The notes: generated by a model not told the origin, from the sequence alone. Shown: positions 27,781 to 41,440, numbered from the whole stretch's first letter. The stretch is 63,125 bases of DNA, filler included, from Octopus bimaculoides (GCF_001194135.2; 4 parts of 4 records of this genome joined end to end with filler, not necessarily neighbours in it), one strand, 5' to 3'. Numbers and translations: made by a program.

Positions 27781-27925
27781 GCTTATGATGGGCTTCTTTC
27801 AGTTTCTGTTGACCAAATCCACTCTCAAAACTTTGGTCAGTTTGGAGGTTATACCTCAAGATACTAGTTCAAGGCCTGCTGCAAGTGGGGCTGAATTTTA
27901 AACCACATAGTTGGGAAACAACTTG
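27781..27925 (-). mobile_element. SINE family A head, decayed
   Basis: atgatgggcttctttcagtttctgttgaccaaatccactc. Confidence 0.75.
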
Positions 27926-28148
27926 AATGCTTTTTGTGGAGTCCATCCATTGCAAGTATTTGGATCTAATCTTATTATTTAACATTCTTATGGTCTGTTA
28001 TCTAAAGCATTCCAACTGGAACCATGTCACCTTATATTCAGACATAGTATATCTAGGACTACAGAATCCAGTGTATCTTTGCTTTAGGATAGTAGTATGT
28101 GATCCAAGGGAAATTTGCTATTTTCGCGGGATATGCAACTATGTAGAG

Positions 28149-28465
28149 CAGAGGTTCTCAACCACTTTTTACCTATGAACCCCTTTCTTTACTATTTTAT
28201 TCTCATGTCCCTCACCCCAACCATTTGATGTTTAAAATCTAAGTTTATAGTTACTTCAAAATCCCAATTTTGTTATTCACTCATTCACTTGTATGTCGAA
28301 CTCTCAAATGGTAGAGAAAGAAACCTAGCTGTTTCTTTGCAATACAGACATTTAAATCAAAATTTTTCATAGGCCCTTAAAATAAGAGCACTACACTGTG
28401 GATTCCCAAGTTGTTATTTCACATGGAACCTTGTGTGTCATGTAGCCCCTGTTTGAGAACTGCTG
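28149..28465. mobile_element. hAT MITE with 8-bp TSD
   Basis: TIRs cagaggttctcaacc / gtttgagaactgctg. TSD atgtagag / gtgtagag. Confidence 0.85.
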
Positions 28466-28812
28466 GTGTAGAGGTTTTTGCATTGACTCAGCAAGTCTAG
28501 TTGTGTGTCTTTTACAGCCGGTTGAAATGCTAAAGGGTTAAGGGTTGTTCTGGTTCTTGGGTCATTAATTAACCTCTTCGTCTAATGAAACAATGATTTT
28601 CTTATTTACCATCTGTTTATCTTAGTTATTCTAATTCTTATCACCTAACAGAAAAGGGAGTAAATGGGGTGGAGGGCAGGGGAGTATATCCATCAATAAG
28701 ATTGGCTTGATATGGAGATGAAAACCATATGCAATCTATAGATTTGATGGTCTGTGAAAGATTGTTAAACATCCTTCTCTGATAATCAAAATGTCTTTAA
28801 ATTGGATTAGAT

Positions 28813-29045
28813 CAGTAGTTCTCAACCATTTTTCGTCCATGGACCCCTTTCATTCCCATTTTACTCTACTGGACCTCCATAGCCACTTAATATATATATT
28901 TAAAAAATCCTATGATTTTATGATTAAATATTATTAGAAATTGTATGAAGAAATTAAAATATTCTGTGTGTTGTAGAAGTATAAATAATTTATTGCACGT
29001 AAATTTTAACAAAAATCTTATATGGACCCTGGTTGAGAACCGCTG
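28813..29045. mobile_element. hAT MITE with perfect 8-bp TSD
   Basis: TIRs cagtagttctcaacc / ggttgagaaccgctg. TSD gattagat at 28805-28812 and 29046-29053. Confidence 0.9.
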
Positions 29046-31502
29046 GATTAGATTATCCAATAGATTTCCCCATCCTTTAAACCATACTCTATCTTAGCAC
29101 TAAGGGTTCTGTATACACTGCTGTTTCAATTTCACATTGATATAGCTGTCTACATATTGTACTACACATGTCTCCTTGCCAAGTTTTTATTTTGAATTGC
29201 ATGCAACCTATTAGCAATATGATGTTGAGCAAGGGGAGTTTAGTTCATTTTATTATTCTCCATAAATATTAGTATAAACTTTAAAGTTCATGAACCAAGC
29301 ATGAGATGCATGTTTTTAATTATTTTTTTTTCCACATATAATGAATGGAATGTCTGTCGTTTCGTCTCTTTTCCCCATTCTCTTTCTCTAACCCACAAGA
29401 ACAAAAGCTTAGTGGCAGGAGTCTGTGTCAGATCTAGTATGATGCTATCTCAAATAATCTATACTTAACTGAATTTCCGAACTTGTATTTATATCTAATT
29501 GCTAAGCTATTGATTTTTCTCTCATCAATTTCTTCTGAGTTTAGATTGGAAAGTTTAACGTTAATCTGCAGCTGTTGATATGAAAGAAAAATTCTTGGTG
29601 CACATTTTCTTTCTCATTTTTTTTCTGTTTTTTAAATCATGTTTTTAATTTTTAATTTTTTTTTTATTTTGCTAGACATTTATCCTAATTTTCTTTAATG
29701 TTAATGTTTATAGGACATTGTAAAGAAAATCAAAATTCTGGTGTTTTATGGTTTGTGAGGCAAGTGTTTGAAAAACCATAATCTATGCCTGTACTATGCT
29801 GCAATTGGTTTATCACATATGGATTAATGTTGTTACATTTTTATTTTTAACCCTAAATACATCACACACCATATTATATGCAGAGTTTTAAACTGAGAAA
29901 CAATCTTTCAGTGTGTATTTTATTTCTATATAGAACATTAACCCTTTTGATAACTTGTTGGAGACTGCCTATGGCTTTGTGATATAAAATTGTCTGTTTT
30001 AAAATATTTAAATGTAAGCCTTCTATCATCAATCTTGTATAAGAACCTTTTAAGTAGGTTCTAAACATCAGCTTAATAATGAACAAAGTTATTTTAAACT
30101 CTTCCAAATACTTCATTTAAAAAAAAATTTAAACACATGGACTGTGTATATCATTAGAAATATAACTAATGGTATTTGTGGTACTGTTAACATTTATTAC
30201 AGGGATGGGTTATCAAACCCATGCCAGCATGGAAAGCGGACGTTAAACGTTGATGACGATAATGAACGCTTAAAGGTCTTGATCTGCAAGTGGAGATTAT
30301 ATGATGGAATTTGAGATGGAGTTTATAAGTTGGAATATAGAATAGCATTACGTTTAGCAAGGCCTTCAATGACAAATAGTTGTGGTGGTATTGGTTAGAA
30401 TTGTCATAATGTTGGTAGTTGAAGTGGCAGTGTTTGTGATGCTGGTGGTTGTGGTGGTGATTATAGAATTGATGATAATGTTTATTGGTGCTTGTGGTGT
30501 CTGTGGCAGTGTTGATAGTTAAGCTGGTATATATGATAGTGTTAGTCATAATTTTGGCAAAAATGCCTTAAATACGTGTAAGATTTGTTAACAATGCTAC
30601 CATTTAGCTGAATAAAATACAGTGTATAACATTAAATCTGACCACAATTAAATAACAGTACACCTAGTGCTAAAACAATGTACTACTAAAGTTCTCAATT
30701 GTTTCTGACAGAGAACTAAACAAAAATTAAAAATTTCTACAGGCAATTGAAAAGGTTAGCAAGGTTGTTACTTTGTGTGATAATTATATTTCTCCAAATA
30801 AATTTACAGATTTAATTATTGATTCTGTATGCATCAATGCACTTAGGTATGTGTACACATGAAATACTGCATTTTAGGCTCCACCTTCAACACTGGAGGC
30901 TGATCAACAGTGAAGTTGTGATACGAACATATACATATAATGACACTGAAGTTTAGTGCCTCAGAGCTTTGTGTGGGTGTTGTTTGTACGTGTTAATACT
31001 TACATACATAGAGATATGTATATTCTCATGATTCCTCAACTGAAATACATGCATGCACAGAACACCTTAACAATTTGTTTCCTAATATCTAACCATTAAG
31101 AAGCAAATTCACATACACATGTGTTATATGTGGTAGTTACATTCTTGACTATGACTACTGCTTATGGCCATTTCTAAATTTCTGAATATGTTCATTCCTT
31201 GAAATTATCATTTTGCCATGGAATGTGATAAGTTCATTTAATTAATTAAAATTATTAAACAATGAAACTAGCAACATTATTTTAAAAAGTAACTAGAGTT
31301 GTAGCACTCTGCTCATTGGCTATTTTCATTAGCTATGTTGTGTTGAGATACACTAGATCTAGAAATTAGCTAAATTAGTAATCTTGATTGGAATGGTAAG
31401 TTACTTCAAAAGTTCTAAGATGAATCATTATAAAGGTTTAGCATTTATTTTGTGCAATTCTTAAATTTTCATTTTTATAGCTGTTTAAAAGAGATATTAA
31501 GA

Positions 31503-31925
31503 TGCAGGCATTGCTGTGTGCGTAAGAAGTTTGCTTCCAAACCTTATGGTTTCAAATTTAGTTTCATTGCGTGACACCTTATTTTCTACTGTGACCTCTG
31601 GCTGACTAAAGCCTCGGAAGTGGATTTGGTATATGGAAACCGAAAGAAACTTGCTCTGTGTGCATGTGCATCTGTCTTTGTGTGTGTATTATGCATGTGA
31701 ATGTTTGTGTCTCCTTGTCTTTTGACATCATGTGATTGCTATAAATGAATGACATTCATTTCCAATATTCTGCAAAATACATGTCTGGCTAGCAGGGTAA
31801 TATACTTTGCTTGGAATTGGAAACAGGTGAGGGTTGGCAACAGGAAGGATGTCTAGTTATAAAAGATTTACCTCAATAAATGCTGTGTGACCTTTGCAAG
31901 CATGGAAAAGTGGATGCTAAAATAA
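31503..31925 (+). mobile_element. SINE with family A head and an alternative (family C) tail
   Basis: Family A head, then a different body ending in gcaagcatggaaaagtggatgctaaaa, which resembles the tails at 30200-30262 and 38896-39109. Confidence 0.7.
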
Positions 31926-31995
31926 TAAGGCGTGAAGTATTGGTGTATAGATGTAATACTGTCTACTGTAATTCTAGCCTGTACTGTAGTTCTAG

Positions 31996-32192
31996 CCCTT
32001 AGCATTCAAACAGTCATATGTAGTCTAAAAATTCTACTTGTTTTATATTCAAACCAGCCAGATGCAACCTTTCACACTTACTCTGCAATGTCCTTCTAAA
32101 AATAATCAATCACATCATGAAAATCTCAAAGCTACAAAACAATGTGAATAAATAAGCATTACATTTGACAGAGTAATCTGAATGCTAAAGGG
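31996..32192. mobile_element. piggyBac-type MITE
   Basis: cccttagcattc…gaatgctaaaggg. Confidence 0.75.
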
Positions 32193-32405
32193 TTTAGAGG
32201 GTGTTTTGCTTTGGTTTAAAGGTGTTTAGTGGATGTGAGATAAATCTTCTCTATCTTTCTCGGATAATCTGTGGACCTATTACTGACAGCTTGGAATAAA
32301 ATACCTGTAGTGGATTTGAACTCAAGATGTTTAGGTTGTTAATCTGATACTGTATTCAATTGGCCATTTTCTTTATACACATAAACACATGTAGAGTCTT
32401 TAGTT

Positions 32406-32929
32406 GAGTGGAGGCGCAATGGCCCAGTGGTTAGGGCAGCGGACTAAATATAATTTTAGTAAAATTGGAGAACAAAATTTCTATCAATGTGTCGCGACCA
32501 AGTATATGATAATGCATCTGTTATGGCTGGAGAGAAGGGAAGTGTGTGGAGGCGCAATGGCCCAGTGGTTAGGGCAGCAGACTCGCGGTCATAGGATCGC
32601 GGTTTCGATTCCCAGACCGGGCGTTGTGAGTGTTAATTGAGCGAAAACACCTAAAGCTCCACGAGGCTCCGGCAGGGGATGGTGGTGAACCCTGCTGTAC
32701 TCTTCCACCACAACTTTCTCTCACTCTTTCTTCCTGTTTCTGTTGTGCCTGTAGTTCAAAGGGTCAGCCTTGTCACACTGTGTCACGCTGAATATCCCCA
32801 AGAACTACGTTAAGGGTACACGTGTCTGTGGAGTGCTCAGCCACTTGCACGTTAATTTCACGAGCAGGCTGTTCCTTTGATCAGATCAATTGGAACCCTT
32901 GACGCCGTAAGCGACGGAGTGCCAACAAC
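32406..32929 (+). mobile_element. tRNA-derived SINE with duplicated 5' head, 11-bp TSD
   Basis: Head copies at 32408-32445 and 32546-32583; B box ggtttcgattcc near 32601. TSD agtctttagtt at 32395-32405 and 32930-32940. Confidence 0.9.
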
Positions 32930-33764
32930 AGTCTTTAGTTACTTAATTTATTGAACCCTGATCCCTTTAGGAGGTTAAATAGGAAGCTGCTAAACCCTAA
33001 GGAATTTTACTCAGAATAAAAGCAGACCTAATAGAAGCATTTAGTTATCCTCCACTTTTTCATGTATGCACACGCGCGTGCACGCACACATGTACACACA
33101 TTCAAATTCCAAATACAACTAACTTGACTGCAAACACAGTCATAGATGTGGTTTGTTCACTTTCCATCAGAGATTATCACCTTTTTTGTCTTTTGTTGTT
33201 CCGGATGATAATGTTTTTCCAGAGTAGATCAATTAATATTGTTTCTCGCTTATAAATGTAGCCTGGAACCCTTGAGAGGCAGTGTAATAAGATGTAATGT
33301 TCACATTTTTACTACTCCATGACATAACACAAATAATTAGTCATTCTACATGTATTGAAACTGAGTTGTTGTCTTCAGTACAATTGCCTTCGAGCGTTTG
33401 TTACTTGATTATTTTTCACACACACGCTCACTCATTCTTTAAAATCTCATGTTCTCTGAAAATATATTTACACTCTTTGATATAATGTTTTAGATATCCA
33501 AATATTTGTTTCTTATGCTTCCAAATACATGTTTGTTCATGTATACATCTTCTTGAACATGTTGCCTTGAGGGTAACCCAGTGCATTCTGCAGAGTGTTT
33601 TAGTATTAGAATGGCATCCAGCAATAGAAGCTGTACCAGAATTGAGATAGTGAGACAGGACACAGTCCTCCAACCCATGCCAGCTTGGAAACCAGATGTA
33701 AACTGAAGATTAATAAACATTCTCGTAGGTTCCATCTCTCATTAATCAAATATATATATAAATA

Positions 33765-33927
33765 GGTGCAGGTGTGGCTGTGTGGTAAGAAGTTGCTTCT
33801 CAATCACATGATTCTGGGTTCAGCCCCCACTGTGTGGCACCTTGGGCAAGTGCCTTCTATTATAGTCTTGGACTGACCAAAGCATTGTGAGTGGATTTGG
33901 TAAAAAGAAACTGAAAGAAGTCTGTCA

Positions 33928-33964
<37 letters not shown>

Positions 33965-34040
33965 ATCCTCCACCGCTTGACAACCAGTGTTGGTGTGTTT
34001 ATGTCCCTGTAACTTAGCAGTTTGGCAACAAAGAACACAT
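33765..34040 (+). mobile_element. SINE family A
   Basis: aggtgcaggtgtggctgtgtggtaagaagttgcttc…gtggcaccttgggcaagtg. Confidence 0.85.
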
Positions 34041-35475
34041 ACTATTTGCAAGTTATTGGTATACTTGAGGCTCCAGTAGATGCTTGCCTAAAATACTATG
34101 TAATGAGAGCAAATCTAGAATCACATGACTTCTGAACTATATATACATTTATGTTAGATGCCTGCATACAAAATAATTTCTTTTTTCCTCCTAAACTAGA
34201 TGTTTGACAGGAAAGCTATACTGAAACAATGTGACCCAAAACCTCAACAATGTAGCACACCCAGAGAAACAAACCATAAGACCGAATTATTTACTGATTG
34301 TTGAAAGAAACCTGACATCAATGCTTGAATAAATTTCAAGTTCATTGATAGTAAATAAGAAACCAATAGGACATTGTTTCTTATGATTCATGTGTTAGGA
34401 TAAAAATAATAGCTATGACGGTCACTAAAGTAATTTTGGCTTTAAGATTGGCAAGGTGAAAGACCTTGGAAATATATTGTTTGAGTCAAAGCACAAAGAA
34501 TTAATAAGAAAATGTTGAAACTCCTGAGTTATAAGTTAAAACTGGAGCATAGTTAGGTTTTCAGAAAAATAAGATTTGTTTAGAGATACACATAAACGTG
34601 TACAAGTCTCCCTCTCTCCTCCACCTCTGATGTGTATGCTGTATAAATCTCTCTTTCACCCTCTCTCTCTCTCTCTCTATATATATATTTTTTCATGCCT
34701 ACTCATGGTTATATACACACATTGACATATATAGTCAAGCATGCCATTTTACAGTCAGACCACCCTGCGATGCCAGCCAGACATACTTCAAGACATAAAT
34801 TCACCCATCTTTATAAATAGATTTCATAATTACTTTGTGAAGGTTCACATAAAAAGAAAAAAGCACTCCCCTACTCTCTCGTAAAAAAGAAAAAAAAAAT
34901 TATTCTAATAATACTGAATTCACCTGGGATGTATTATTTTTATACCTTCTATATTTATCTGAGTTNNNNNNNNNNNNNNNNNNNNNNNNNNNNNNNNNNN
35001 NNNNNNNNNNNNNNNNNNNNNNNNNNNNNNNNNNNNNNNNNNNNNNNNNNNNNNNNNNNNNNNNNNNNNNNNNNNNNNNNNNNNNNNNNNNNNNNNNNNN
35101 NNNNNNNNNNNNNNNNNNNNNNNNNNNNNNNNNNNNNNNNNNNNNNNNNNNNNNNNNNNNNNNNNNNNNNNNNNNNNNNNNNNNNNNNNNNNNNNNNNNN
35201 NNNNNNNNNNNNNNNNNNNNNNNNNNNNNNNNNNNNNNNNNNNNNNNNNNNNNNNNNNNNNNNNNNNNNNNNNNNNNNNNNNNNNNNNNNNNNNNNNNNN
35301 NNNNNNNNNNNNNNNNNNNNNNNNNNNNNNNNNNNNNNNNNNNNNNNNNNNNNNNNNNNNNNNNNNNNNNNNNNNNNNNNNNNNNNNNNNNNNNNNNNNN
35401 NNNNNNNNNNNNNNNNNNNNNNNNNNNNNNNNNNNNNNNNNNNNNNNNNNNNNNNNNNNNNNNNNNNNGTATATA

Positions 35476-35645
35476 TACACATGATGGGCTTCTTTCAGTT
35501 TCCGTCTACCAAATCCACTCACAAGGCTTTGGTCGGCCCGAGGCTATAGTAGAAGACACTTGCCCAAGGTGCCACGCAGTGGGACCTAACCCAGAACCAT
35601 GTGGTTGGTAAGCAAGCTACTTACCACACAGCTACTCCTGCGCCT
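35476..35645 (-). mobile_element. SINE family A head
   Basis: Clear reverse-complement match to the family A head. Confidence 0.9.
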
Positions 35646-36248
35646 ATGTTTATATTTTACTTATTGTTGTTGTTCATATTAAGCATTATAGCCATGACCA
35701 TCATGCCTCTCTTTCTCTCTCTTTTTTGGGTGGTGGTGTTGTGTACTACTATTTCTAGTAGGTTGAACAACCATTTAGAAGCTTTGTTGTTGGTACCAAG
35801 TGCAGCTTCATGTTTCATTTATTCACCATTTATAGGATTTGCCTGCAAAAGTAAAATATGTAGTGTGTGTGTCTGTGTGTGTGCATGCCTTTTATCTTTC
35901 ACTTGTTTCAGTCATTAGACTGTGGCCATGCTGTGGCACCACCTTGAATTTTTAGTTGAATGAATCAACCCATGTGTGTTTATATATATAGATATATATA
36001 AAATTCTTTTTTTGGAATGTTAAAACTCGAAGTAGCTAAAGCTATAGATAAGTGTGTGCATATTGGATTAAAAAACCCTTTGAATAGGAAAAGTCCAAGG
36101 TTGCTTGTAGTAGTCAGTGGTAGAATGTTTGTCATGTTTACATTAGATATGGCTTCATGTTCCCCTGGCTTCATGTTCCCCACTCTCAAGCAGCCTTCAA
36201 AACAAATAAACCCCCAAGACATTTAGAAAAAAAAAAAGAATGCTTTAT

Positions 36249-36652
36249 AGGTGCAGGCATGTCTGTGTGGTAAGGAGTTTGCTTCCCAACTGTGTGGTTC
36301 TAGGTTCAGTCCCATTGTGCAGCACCTTAGGCATATGTTTTCTACTGTAGCCCTGGGCTGACCAAAACTTCGTGAGTGGATTTGGGGAATGGAAACTAAA
36401 AGAAACCCAGCATAAGTGTGTGTGTGTGTGTGTCTTTGTCTCCTCCCCCTACCACCATTTGACAACCAGTGTTGGTGTGTTTATGTCCCTGTAACTTAGC
36501 TGTTCAGTAGAAGTGGCTGTTAGAAGTACCAGGCTTAAAAAAAAAATAATGTACTGGGGTCAATTTGTTCAACTGAAAATTCTTTAAGGTGGGGTGCCCC
36601 AGCATGATTGCAGTCAAATGACTGAAGCAAGTAAAAGATAAAAGAAAAAGAA
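36249..36652 (+). mobile_element. SINE family A, full length
   Basis: Head, (TG)n linker and tail …agtaaaagataaaag. Confidence 0.9.
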
Positions 36653-36940
36653 TAGAACATTTAGATGGGTTTTAACAAATCATCACTAGAACAGTTTTTA
36701 TCCTCTGGCAACACAGTAGTAAAATTAAGTATATCATTATCAAAGTCAAATTGATTTTCTATAAAAAAACTTTTTTTTAAATGCTGACATTATATGACAG
36801 ATGCAATTTAGCCAATACTGGATAAAGTGCAAAGGTAAATTTTTTTTATGAAATGTTAAAAAAAAAAAAATCATTATTTGACAATTTTTGGAAGAGAATT
36901 TCATGAATGGAGATATGTCTGTATTATAAAGTAGAGTTAA

Positions 36941-37114
36941 CCCTTTAGCATTTTATCCAGCCAAAATATTCTGCTTGTTTTTGTGTTTGAACCAACTGAT
37001 CCTAAACAAGCTCATCATCAGAATCTTGAAGCTATGACATAATGCATGATTAATCCGAGAGAGTGTGAATAAATAATAAGCATTACATGTGACAGTTATC
37101 TGAATGCTGAAGAG
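36941..37114. mobile_element. piggyBac-type MITE
   Basis: TTAA-ccctttagcatt…gaatgctgaagag-tta. Confidence 0.7.
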
Positions 37115-37169
37115 TTACACAAGATCAAAATGGGCCATTTTATAAAATGTAATGATGTATAATCTTCAT

Positions 37170-37560
37170 TAGGTGTAGGCGTAGTTGTATTATAAGAAGT
37201 TTGCTTCCCAATTACATGGTTCTGGGTTCAGTCCCACTGCATAGCACCTTGGGCAAGTGTCTTCTGCTGTGGCTATATGTCAACAGAAGCCTTATTGAAT
37301 GGTTTTGTTTGATGGAAACTGAAAGAAGACCGAGTGTGTGTATCTGTGTATGTTTGTCTCCACTCCACTGCTTAACAACTGGTGTTCATGTATTTACATC
37401 CCTATAACTTAGCGGTTCAGCAAAAGAAAACAATAGAATAAGTACCAGGCTTTACAAAAAATAAGTACTTCGGGTTGATAAGTTTGACTAAAATTCTTTG
37501 AGGCAGTGCCCCAGCATGGCTGCAGTCTAATGACTGAAACAAGTAAAAGATAAAAGATAA
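37170..37560 (+). mobile_element. SINE family A, full length
   Basis: Head through tail aagtaaaagataaaagataa. Confidence 0.9.
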
Positions 37561-37949
37561 ATTCAAAATTTATACAAACGTGAGGACTGTTTAGGGGTTT
37601 TGTGTTTCACTTGTTTTGAAGCATTTATTTATTTGTTTAATTATTTTGCAAAGCCAAATGATTTTTTTCATTACTCATATATATTTCTTATTTGGCTTGT
37701 TTCATGTATAATTACATCTCTTTCTTCATTACTTAATCTAAAGAACAATCACTATGTATTATCATCATTGTTGTTTTAGTACCTACTTTTCCATGCTTTC
37801 ATGGGTTGGACAGAATTTGTTGAGGCAGACACACATACACCCTTCTTTCTCTTTCTTCCTACACATCTGCTCACAAGGCTTTAATCAACCCAGGACTGTT
37901 GTAGAAGACATTTGCCGAAAGTGCCATGCAGATGGCTTTTCTACCGGTA

Positions 37950-38168
37950 TATTGCTTGTTCAGAGGACCAGAAGTCATTGTAGTTGCAGTGGAAGAGAGA
38001 GAAGGATACAAGATGTTGGTGAATTAGTGGTGGTTGTTTTAGCAAACGAAGGTTAGTCAGTCAGGTTTCTGATGCTCTTGGATCAGATTCACTTGTGCTT
38101 TGTATAGGCTCAGAAGTTGTTTAAAGCTAAAGGAGTATCTGGGTCTAAGTATTAGTCTTAGTTTTGCT
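37950..38168 (-). mobile_element. CR1-type LINE RT C-terminal fragment
   Basis: SIAKLRLILRPRYSFSFKQLLSLYKAQV matches the CR1 QLLxLYKAQVRP motif. Confidence 0.7.
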
Positions 38169-38227
38169 ATAGATGTATGATAATTATTAGAGACATTATC
38201 AGTGATTACGAGTTTTATGTTCACATG

Positions 38228-38350
38228 TATATATACAACAAAGGCTTTGGTTTGCCCAGGTCTATGGTAAAAGACACTTCCCCCAAGGTGCCACACTGTG
38301 GCACTAAACCTGAAACCATGTGGTTGGGGAGCAAACGTCTTAACCGCACC
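38228..38350 (-). mobile_element. SINE family A head
   Basis: caaggctttggtttgcccagg…ccaaggtgccacactgtgg. Confidence 0.8.
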
Positions 38351-38895
38351 TTGTGTCAAGTTTTTATCAAAATTTTGCTTGGATCAATTTAACTCTTTAC
38401 CTTTGTGGGTTTGATAGGAATCACTATGTCAGTGCTTTGCAAGGTTTGATTTTGCTTGGATTTGTTAACTATATGTACTTCTGAAAATAATTTTATTAAT
38501 AATCATTTCTGTTTGCCAATATATGATCCCCTCTCCACTCCCTCACAGAACAAATCTTGCACTCATTTCTAAACACCGTAATATTGATCTTACAGTTTTG
38601 AATATCTTTAACTAGTTGCAATGACTATTTAAGGACTTAATCAGTATATCAACGTGCAATTTACCTATCGTTAATTTCTTTGCATTTATTATTTTATCAA
38701 AATGCTGATTAGTCAAGCATTGCTGTCAAATTGCTGTGGAGTTCTTCAAAGCAGTACCAGTGTCTGTTGTTGAAGGGGGATAGACTTAGTGTAAACAAAC
38801 TGAAACCAATAACTCTTAATTCTTTAAATCCATTTGCTATAAGGTCTCTTATACTAAGTTGTAAGTTGTCTTTCACACACACACATACATACATA

Positions 38896-38926
<31 letters not shown>

Positions 38927-39109
38927 GTTTAACGTCTGCTTTCCATGCTAGCATGGGTTGGACGATTTGACTGAGGACTGGTGAAACCGGATGGCAACAC
39001 CAGGCTCCAGTCTAATTTGGCAGAGTTTCTACAGCTGGATGCCCTTCCTAACGCCAACCACTCAGAGAGTGTAGTGGGTGCTTTTACGTGTCACCCGCAC
39101 GAAAACGGC
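38896..39109 (-). mobile_element. 3' tail of a retroposon (family C) ending in (GAT)n
   Basis: (CAT)n followed by cgtttaacgtctgctttccatgctagcatgggttggacg. Related tails at 27462, 30200, 33585, 37760 and 60725. Confidence 0.8.
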
Positions 39110-39550
39110 NNNNNNNNNNNNNNNNNNNNNNNNNNNNNNNNNNNNNNNNNNNNNNNNNNNNNNNNNNNNNNNNNNNNNNNNNNNNNNNNNNNNNNNNNNN
39201 NNNNNNNNNNNNNNNNNNNNNNNNNNNNNNNNNNNNNNNNNNNNNNNNNNNNNNNNNNNNNNNNNNNNNNNNNNNNNNNNNNNNNNNNNNNNNNNNNNNN
39301 NNNNNNNNNNNNNNNNNNNNNNNNNNNNNNNNNNNNNNNNNNNNNNNNNNNNNNNNNNNAGCACATTTCCAAAGGTCTCGGATATAATTAATTCAATAAT
39401 GGGATAAAAATCTTTTACAAGAATTTTATCAGGAAGCTAGTGTGAAAAAAATTCATAAGGGAATAAAGCCCTCATTTTTTTATTCCCAAGAATATATTTA
39501 TTCATTTATATTTATATAAGAATAATGCCACTATTCTGTAGTAATGCCTT

Positions 39551-39585
<35 letters not shown>

Positions 39586-40016
39586 GACAATACCGAAATT
39601 TTCTGCTTGGAATTTATTGATTTATGAAGTCTTGCATTCTCATTCTTTCCAATCCAATCTCATTGAATTAACAGATTCTCTTAATTTTGTTTTTGCAGTA
39701 GAAAATGGACCATTTAGTTTTTGCACACACACACATACACTGTATTTAATGTTTCCATAAATTCTTTATTTTTATACTAGGTGGGAATTACAATTTATAG
39801 CTTCCTAAATAATGTAGTAGCTAAACGTTTTGAGTTTCTTACAGTCATCATCAATGATTTATTAAACTCTAAAAACAAAAGAAACAAGAGGTGTTGAAAT
39901 AGCTCTTCAGTTAGTATCTAGAGGGTTATAAGTTTTATAAACTAGTCTGCAGTGGACATTGGATAATTAAATGAAGATTGCAAGGGTTGCTTCCATTCCA
40001 TTACTTATCTGTTTAA

Positions 40017-40439
40017 CCCTTTTGATACCAACCTGTCTGAGACTGCCCCTAGTTCTATGATGCAAACTTTGTTTTAAAGTCAACTAAATTTAAGCCATCC
40101 ATCAAAATTTCATGTTATGTTCCAAACATCAGCTTCATAATGACAGTTATTTTACTAAATTCTTCATTATTTTCCACATTATCCCTTTAGCATTCAGATT
40201 ATTCTGTTAAATGTAATTCTTATTTATTGAAAATGTTTTAAATTATGTATTCTCATGTAGTTTAAAGATTTCAATGAAGTGATTGATAATTTTTGGAATG
40301 ATAATGTGAGAGGCCAGATCTAACCAGTTTGAACATACAACAAGTAGAATATTTGAGTCAGATACGGCCAGTTTAAATGCTAAGGGGTTAATTGAAAGCA
40401 AATGCAGTGTATATCAACAGAAATACGGTAACGAAAGGG
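40017..40439. mobile_element. piggyBac-type MITE with a second MITE nested at 40183-40387
   Basis: Outer TTAA-cccttttgatacc…ggtaacgaaaggg; inner ccctttagcatt…aatgctaagggg-TTAA. Confidence 0.75.
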
Positions 40440-40469
40440 TTCCAGTAAGAGCTTTAAGAATTGAGAGTA

Positions 40470-40830
40470 TTGCTGAGGATTCAAACTTTGTTTCCCACTG
40501 ACATGATTTTAGGTTCAGTTCCACCATGTGGCACCTTAAGTGTTACTTTACTATATAGCTCTGCACTGACCAAAGCTTTGTTAGTGGATTTGATTGACAG
40601 AAAGTGAATGAAGCCTGGTGTGTGTTTGTGTCGCTTTTTTTTTTGTATCTCCCCCACTGCTTGACAACTGATGTTAGTTTGTTTTCATCCTCATAACATA
40701 GTGATTCAGCAAAAGAGACCAAATTTAAGTAACAAACTTTAAAAATAACTACTGGGGTCAATTTGTTTGACTGAAACCCTTCAAGGTGATGCCCCCAGCA
40801 TGACTGGAACAAGTAAAAGATAAAAAGATC
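40470..40830 (+). mobile_element. SINE family A, decayed
   Basis: Body and tail match family A. Confidence 0.8.
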
Positions 40831-41156
40831 CAACTCTGAACAGTGACACAATGATAGTTGTATCACTGGTACCAACCTTTGCAGGTAATTGACACCAACT
40901 AAAAACTATCTTAGACCTTACAAGTTATTCATTAATCACTCAGGTTACTCATTAATCTAGCTTTCAGTTCTTTTTTTCTTTTTTTTTTTAATCATACAAT
41001 GTATAAATTTTTAGTAAATCTGTCCCAATGAGTGCAAAATAATGTTAAATACAACATTGTTTAAGAAACCCAATATTTTTATTTCTTACCTTGTATGTTA
41101 GTTTTAGAAATATTCAACATAGAAAAACCACATACTGAAGTTCATTTCTTCAACTG

Positions 41157-41194
<38 letters not shown>

Positions 41195-41392
41195 ACCAAA
41201 AGATGATCATAAAATGCAGTGTTATGCAATCTTCTGATTTTTATGAGCAAAACCAAAATATTGACTGTGGATTGTGATAAATATAAAAGTCTGTAAAATA
41301 ATGCAATTTATTGCTACTTCCCATCAAATAGGCTTTTAACATCAGGACATTTGTGTATTTTTTTCCAAATTTTTTTTTCACTTTTGTGATAC

Positions 41393-41440
41393 CCACTTGT
41401 AGCATCTGTTCCTACAAATATTGTCCATCCATGTTCATAC
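41393..41440 (-). CDS. Candidate coding exon (YEHGWTIFVGTDATSG), product unknown
   Basis: Acceptor ctgtttttcag, donor gtatca, open in a frame compatible with the exon at 41999-42120. No homology recognised. Confidence 0.25.
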
